64,000 nucleotides of DNA from the human T2T-CHM13v2.0 reference genome, Homo sapiens. Each line of letters starts with the position of its first letter. The first letter of the stretch is position 1. Below, in pieces: positions 56,926 to 64,000 of this stretch. The stretch lies in assembly GCF_009914755.1 (NCBI RefSeq), contig NC_060925.1. One strand, written 5' to 3'. Below the pieces are notes generated by a model. The model was not told the DNA's origin and made no database searches. It saw only the letters and a list, made by a program, of their open reading frames with translations. Both the position numbers and the translations under genes were made by a program.

Positions 56926-59900
56926 AATTTTTACATAAAAGAATGAACAGAGTTTCTGAGTCAGATAATAACTATCTGCCTAGAATAATGTTTGGTGAAT
57001 AACAAGTAAAAGTGTTACAAGAGGAAAATAAAGGAAAGAATGCGAATCTAAATAGTGAATCATATTCAATGACAGATCATTGAGAATAAACTACCCTTAA
57101 GGCTTCAGTAGCTAAATTCTGATTATAAGACAGATGACTTGAAAAAAAAAGTAAAAGCACTTTAACTGGGAGTTTGTCCAGAAAATATTTAATTTGATAT
57201 ATTTATTATTTACTTACTTTTATTAATTTTGGGGATATAGAGTAAAACCAGAGATTTGGGACTTCAAACTCTTCGGAAGTGTATCATATCTAGCCTGGAA
57301 TGTATTACTGTCAATTCAGAGTGAGTGTTCGCTATTAGCCCTTCAATGGGTCAGAAGTCTGTGGGGAATGAAGTTCAGACAGTCTTTGCTCCATTTTCCA
57401 CTAGCCTAATGAAGTGAGTGATAGGCTCTGAAAAGGAGATCAGTTGATTGATTTCTTGGCAAGTAGCCACAATGAACTCCTCATTAAAGAGTCTTGATCT
57501 TTCCTAAAGTGAAGTGATCTGAATTTTTAGACTGACCACTTACAAGTACTCTGATCATGGGTTTCCCACAACTGATGTGTCTCTGTTTTCTCCCTTGGTG
57601 GCTTATCATAATTACGAGATGCATATGTTTGAGTTTCCTAAAAGGGGCAGTTTTCTCCCAAATAAGTTTAACATGCAATATTGTATTAGCATAGTAATCA
57701 CTCCAGAATATTCTATGCACAGATCATTCATGAATTTTAGGATGTTAGAAAGGAAATCCAGTGATGGATGAACCATGTGAATTTAAAAAAAATAGCAAAG
57801 TATAATTCTTAACTTTTCTTAACCAATTCTTAAACAATTAGTGGTGTTTTGATTATTTATCCCCTACACTGTACTACAGTCAAATTCCATCTAAGTGACA
57901 TCTGAAGGAACACAAAGGACTGTAAATGAGCATTTCTTAAGACTTTTATAAGCCATATGGCCAATGCCTTCTTATGTGTGGTTTAATCTGGTAACCATAA
58001 ATACTTTCAATCTCATGTTCTAACAACAGTAAAATTATTTTTCTATAATGTCTTATTTTCTGATAGTATAGTCCCCTTTTCCCAACTCCTCTCCTTCTGC
58101 TAATAGATAACACTTGTGAAGGAGAAGAGAGGTCAAGATGCATTTATATAAGTTGTAGATGTTTGCATTTTACCGATTCCTACATATCTACTTCCTTGTC
58201 ACTGAGAGAATTGAATGATTTATTCTTTTTCAACACAATCTCCTCTACCAAATAATGCAGTTTCACTGTGGTTGGAACCAATTCTTCCCCAAGATTCACT
58301 AGCCCTATGGAAACTTCTCCTATAAGTTTTAATGAAGCTTGACCTTCTCTTTTATCTTCTGTACTAAACTATTTTGTAGTACTGCCAGAGTCAGTTTAAT
58401 AACAGGTGAGTTTCACCCCTAGGCTGATTGTATTTCAGCAGAGGTTGAAGTGATTTCTGTATGTCAGGTTGTTAAATCTGTAAAAAGCTATGTGATCTTT
58501 CAAAATGAAAGTCAGTACATCAAGGCAATATAGTTCTCTTTTGTCTTTTTATGAACCCCTTTACATCTTTTTCTGGACAGCTCTGAAATACAAAAATGAC
58601 TGCTTTCCCTATCCCCACACACTCATGAATGGCCAACAAATATTCAAATACAAAAATTGTCAAAATAAAATATTCTTGTCTTAAGCTTTGCAACCTTTCC
58701 AAGGAACTTCATAGTTTAGTGCTTCCATATGAACCTATGGGGGATTATTAAACTGCTATTTCAATGCTTTAAAATAAATTCACAGTTAGCATTGTTCTTG
58801 AGGTCTCATTCTAACTTGTTTCTACAACATCCACCAAAATTCAAGATACTTTTATTATGTTAGCAGATATATAAATTTTATTTAGAATATTTTCTTATAT
58901 TTGAAGAATTTATAATTCCTATTTCCAGAAATCTACTTAATATAAAGTAGCACTTCAAAAATGTTTGTAGTGCTATTTAAAAAAACCCTTTTTCTATAAT
59001 ATTTTATATTTAAATTTATAATACAGTTTCACTCATTTATTTTATATTTATTAAATACAAGCTATGTGCCTACTATATAATATGTTAAAGGGTTGAAAAA
59101 ATAAACTATTAAGGTACCTTGGAGTGATAATACTTTCTGGTTTTGTTTAATTATTTTTTCAGATTGCACTATTCTTAAAATGAATAAGAGATCGATGTGC
59201 AATATATGTGTATGTGATAAAATATTTCAATCTTTAAAGCCAAATCTATGAATATTGATTGATTGTCTGACTTTCTAGGTTATGAATCTGTACTTCAGAA
59301 TAGCTTAATAACCTTCCATATTATTAAAAGTTACATTTGGTTTCCAGAATGCATTGCTCTTCTTTCCTATGAAACTTGAGTTGTTTGTCATCTTTATAAC
59401 TGAATTATTGCAGTAGTTCCCTAAAATATTTTCCTAACTCTTTTCTTTGAACCCTGGTCTAATGGACAACATTAGAGTTGGTAAACCAGATGTTTTTCTC
59501 AAACATCTACCTTTCTTGCTCACAGTGCTGAACTCAAAGTGGCCAAACTTCTGCTAAATAGTCCTTTCCATAGTTGATCTTGTGAACAAATAGCAAAAAG
59601 TTGGCCTACCAGATTCTCTTTTCCCAGTATATTGAATTTTGAATGTAAAGACTTGGAAGTTAAATTACTTGAATGACAGTGTTAATATAGAAAGTCATAT
59701 CTATTAACTCTCACAGTTGAGTTCTTCACAAATATCCTTAATGTCTTACTTCTCAAGGCTTAGTTTTTCAGATCACCCTTGGATACTCCAATATTTAGCC
59801 AGTGTATCATTTTGCTTGATATAGAGGGAGTTGATTTAGTAGATCCAAAAATAAAATAAAAAATAAAACCCATTTACTCAGATGTAGTCTCCTAATATTG

Positions 59901-60094
59901 CCATTAGAGTGATCTGATGCTAGTATTTCTCAACCAAGTATTTCTCATATACTTTAAATATGCTTGGATGACTGTTTTCAAAATACACATTTCTTGATTC
60001 TATCTTCGGAGATTCTGGTTCAGCAAATGAGGAGAGAGACATTATTCTAATGCGCACACTCTAAAATATAATTTTGATCATGTCACTCATTGCT

Positions 60095-60560
60095 TGTGGT
60101 TGATTTCAATAATAGCCACAAATCTTTGCAGTCCCTCTCTTTAAGAGGTAGATCTTTCTCCCCCTAAGCTATATCTTGCCTGGCATTGGAACTTGCTTTG
60201 ACCAATAGATGACAATGTGACAATTCTGAACCTAGGTTTCAAGAAGTCTTGTAATATCAAATCTCTCTGTTCTGGGAAACTTACCAGCACCATGAGAATC
60301 AATCAGGCTAGTGTGCTAGGTAATTGGCTCCCTGACCTGATTATCCCAGACAACCAACACCACAAACAGAGCGACTTGGTAGACCAGCAGTCAATGCAGA
60401 CATAAATAAGCTCTTCTGAGACTAGATGAAGAATCCACAAAACTGAACTCAAACTGCTGACTCATAGAATCTAGGCTAACAGAAAACAAATAAAAATGGT
60501 TGTGGTTTTAAGACATTATGGTTTGGGATATTTTATTACACAGTAGTTATTAAATACCAA
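60095..60560 (+). mobile_element. MLT1 (G/H-like) MaLR solo LTR
   Basis: TGTGG start; ACTTGCTTTGACCAATAGA; ATGGTTGTGGTTTTAAGACATTATGGTTTGGG; TSD-like TTGCT/TTGTT. Confidence 0.75.
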
Positions 60561-60599
60561 TTGTTAAACTACTTAAATAATTTTTTATCATTATATACA

Positions 60600-61035
60600 G
60601 TGATAAAAATTAAGCTCTTTAACACAAAGTCTCCTCATTAATTTTTTCTTTAATTCCTTTTTATTTTTTCTAACTCCATTTCCCCAAATATTGACTGGTG
60701 CTTCCTTTATTCTCTAGTAATATCAGGTTGCTCATAATATGGAATGACATTTATACCTGATGTTTTTCATTTCCAACATTAAGTGGCTGAATTTTAAACA
60801 TTATTTAGGCTCATTGTTTTTTCATCCAGAATGCCTTCCTTAAAATATGAAGTTAAATTGCATGGCCATGATCAATTCTCTCTTATCATCTTTTCATGTG
60901 ACCACTTACTGCATTAAATTATAATTACTTTTATGGATTAGAATCACCAATTAGACTGTAGCTACTTAAGGACAGTAGTCATATTTATTAATCTTTGTGC
61001 TTGGAACAAAACGAATCATGATAAATATTTGTTAA
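60600..61035 (+). mobile_element. LINE-2 3' fragment
   Basis: CAGAATGCCTTCC, TTAGACTGTAGCT..GGACAG, ATAAATATTTGTT 3' end. Confidence 0.55.
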
Positions 61036-64000
61036 GTAAAACTGTTAATGAATTTGGTAATCTATAATCTAAGATCGGTAATTTAGGGGAACTAAAGGAA
61101 TACATTTTGTACTTTTTGCGCCACTACCGTAGTCTAGGAAGTGTCATAGTAAATTTGCATGACACTTTTAGTGATGCGCTACAAGTCCAACTACATAAAA
61201 ATACAAAAAAAAATTGTGAAAAAATATAGCATACAGCTGATGGAAAGGGATCGAGGGAAGCAGTATGAAAGAATAGGAAAAGAAGAGATGATAAATAGAA
61301 TGAGAAAGAAAATATGTAAACTATTGAAATATTTGTAAAATGTATATAAATGCAAAAGAATTATATTTATAGAATAAACTCCACTTTCTCCAAGTTATTC
61401 CTTATTGCAACCTATTTGCATCCTGAGAACCAGTGAGGCTACAATGGACATGACAAATAAATGAACTATATTTTAGTTTATTCTATGAATTAGGTGAAAA
61501 AAAAATACAAACCATTATTGGAATTACTGATTTCCTATTCTCATCACTTGAAAGCCCTAATATAAAACTGGCCTAGTTTAACTGATGACTTTTTTCAACT
61601 ACAAATGGAGCAAATCTATTAACAACTAATGCTTTACTTTTATACATGCACCATAAGGTTTGTGACTAAATATTGTTGAAATAATGAAAAACAGCCACTT
61701 GATGTAATCAAAAAATAGTAGTTCACAGAGTGATACGTAAATTCACCTTCTAGTGTTCTACCTAGTAATCATTATATTTTGGCAGAGTCTCTTAAAATCA
61801 GTACTGTTTTGAAGTTGATGCTGCTTCATCCTCAGTAGTTTCGCGTCTTTTGTTCTTTATGTGGTGGGAGACATGATCATGGCTCTGATTGTAAATATTG
61901 CTATACATTTAGATAAGGTACAGATTCATCAAAATCTTCTGGGAAATGTAAACGTATTGCCTAGAGTTTTTTTTAGCTCATTGTTGAAAGGACTTACTGA
62001 AAAATAAAAGTGTTATCAATACAAAATTTGAGTATATACCTACACAACGTAACAAGCAGCAAAGCCATGTCACATAAAATACTCAAGCAGTTCTCCGCAT
62101 ATTGTATGGCAGGACTACTTATTTTCTTTTTCTCCTACGTGTTTCACATGCATGTATACTGTTATTTCTGACAACCATGACATATCAGCTTAATGCATCT
62201 CATGGGTCAAGGTGTGCTAAAGTATCACCAATTAATGTACCAAGAGGCTAGCAGGAGCAGCAACATTGAATATTTCTCCACCGTAGTAGAGTCCTGAAGG
62301 ACTTAGCTCTCCCTAGCTAGGTAAGTCCCAGGAAACTTCCCAGGGAGCCTACATGCTAACCTTAAAAGTGATGTAAGTTAACTTGAATCTGGAAAGGGTG
62401 AATAAAAGACAGTTTATTGATTATCAATGTTCAGCCATGTTAAAGTGAGAATTATATTTTCTTCATATTTATCATACACACAGATAGATGAGATCATGGT
62501 AAAAGCTGAAAGCACCAAATAGAAGTCTACTCAGCCCTTTTTTGCTAATTTTATTGCTGCTCCTATTACTATGACTACCACCACTATTACTCATAATTAA
62601 TGATAAAGCTAGAATAGAAGCTGAATAGAAAGACATGTTGGGCCAATATCTCTATTCTAAGGCTACTTCCGAAATATTGTTATATATGGTCATAGTGTAC
62701 ATAGGTTAAACCATTTTTAAGCATCAATTTCTAACAATAATATTGGTAAAATATAGGAATGAAGTATAACATTTAGTGATTTATTTTTTAAATCTATTTC
62801 CTGTATACTCTATTATGAATTCTGAAAGTATAAAAATTCCCTAGAAAAGGCAATTCAAATAAACACATTGGCACTAAATTACTTTAAATATTCATTCATT
62901 CTCTGGCGCTGAGGTATGAACAAGACATCAGACCAGTTGAAGTGCTGATTTTAAGACTAATTTCATATATATGTTCTACTATAAATTGTAATTATATAAA
63001 ATTATAATAAATTTTCATCCTTAAATTAATATTGTTCCAATAGTTCACAAATTATTTTTTCACTCAGTGACTAAGAGTTACAATGAGAAAAGTAAGTTAC
63101 AGAATCTTATGTTTTTCAAGGGATGAGAATTTAAGAATATTTTTCCTAAGGTATAGAATGTGAATTTGCCATTTAAACAATACGTAATTTCGGAATGGTT
63201 ATTTTACTTATAATCGTTGAAGTTTTTAATAGTCTTTTCTCTTGAATTAAATGCTGTTATTGTATGTTTGGCATCTAAATGTTCCAGATTTTTTTTAGCT
63301 CATATAAACCAGTTTTCCCTACAAGCAGTGTCTTCAAACCGACATCATCATTTTGTTCCTGGCCAGTCACTGAGTATATAATACTGTATATTTTACTGAA
63401 TCTTGTTTTATTAATCTCTGAAATTAAAATAGAAATGAATGGAAGTACTTTTTAATCCTGCTGTTATGTAGATTAGGCATATTTCTCCAGTAATTTAACA
63501 CCTAAAGTGCACATTTAATGACAATTCAAATATATGTATTTACCAAACTATAGCTGATAGTGTGAACTCTGTTTACATACATCAATAAATATTTAAATTG
63601 AGATATATATAACCTTTGGTGTTTTGAATTGGAATACCACTAATTCTAACAATGATTTAAAGTAAGTTTAAATTTTTTCTTATGAGGATAATCTTTTAAT
63701 GTAGTGTTTATGGAAAAGTTTCAATTATGTGAGGAGTGCAGTATGTTACAGTAGGACCATTAGTATATTAATTTGCACCATAAACAGATAATTTGTTTTC
63801 AAATGCAAATCTTTTCAATGCTTTTATAAGTCATAAAGGCCTAACTAAATATGCATCCATCCTTTGGAGACAGCCTACGTGAGAATGCATGAACTATCTT
63901 TGTCAATTGACCTCCCTACCTCTCTTCCCGCTCTTCTTGAGGACAGAATGTCATGGGTTGTGTTTTTTAAACTGAAAAGCAATAATGATAAAAGTAACTA

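Overview
AT-rich, CpG-poor human genomic DNA (an intact AluYa5 at 29802-30109 points to the human lineage), either gene desert or deep intron. I found no supportable protein-coding gene, RNA gene, CpG island or CRISPR array; the ORFs in the track come from L1, Alu, ERV or microsatellite sequence, or are chance ORFs. More than half of the window is a nested mosaic of transposable elements: L1PA/L1M, L2, MIR, Alu, MaLR (THE1/MST/MLT1), HERV-L/MLT2, MER11, MER50, MER90, LTR47, Tigger1, MER82 and MER30. Family names come from recalled consensus sequences, not from a database search. I cannot support a new biological system here. The notable signals are mutational and structural: (i) three certain and one inferred 5'-inverted (twin-primed) L1 insertions, three of them inverting within about 170 nt of ORF2; (ii) a cluster of template-switch footprints at 44.5-50.5 kb (a deletion-inversion-deletion at a HERV-L/L1 junction, two perfected palindromes, and a templated insertion in Tigger1); (iii) three two-LTR MaLR proviruses within 17.5 kb; (iv) a young, possibly polymorphic AluYa5; (v) candidate regulatory LTRs and repeat-free, motif-dense islands.
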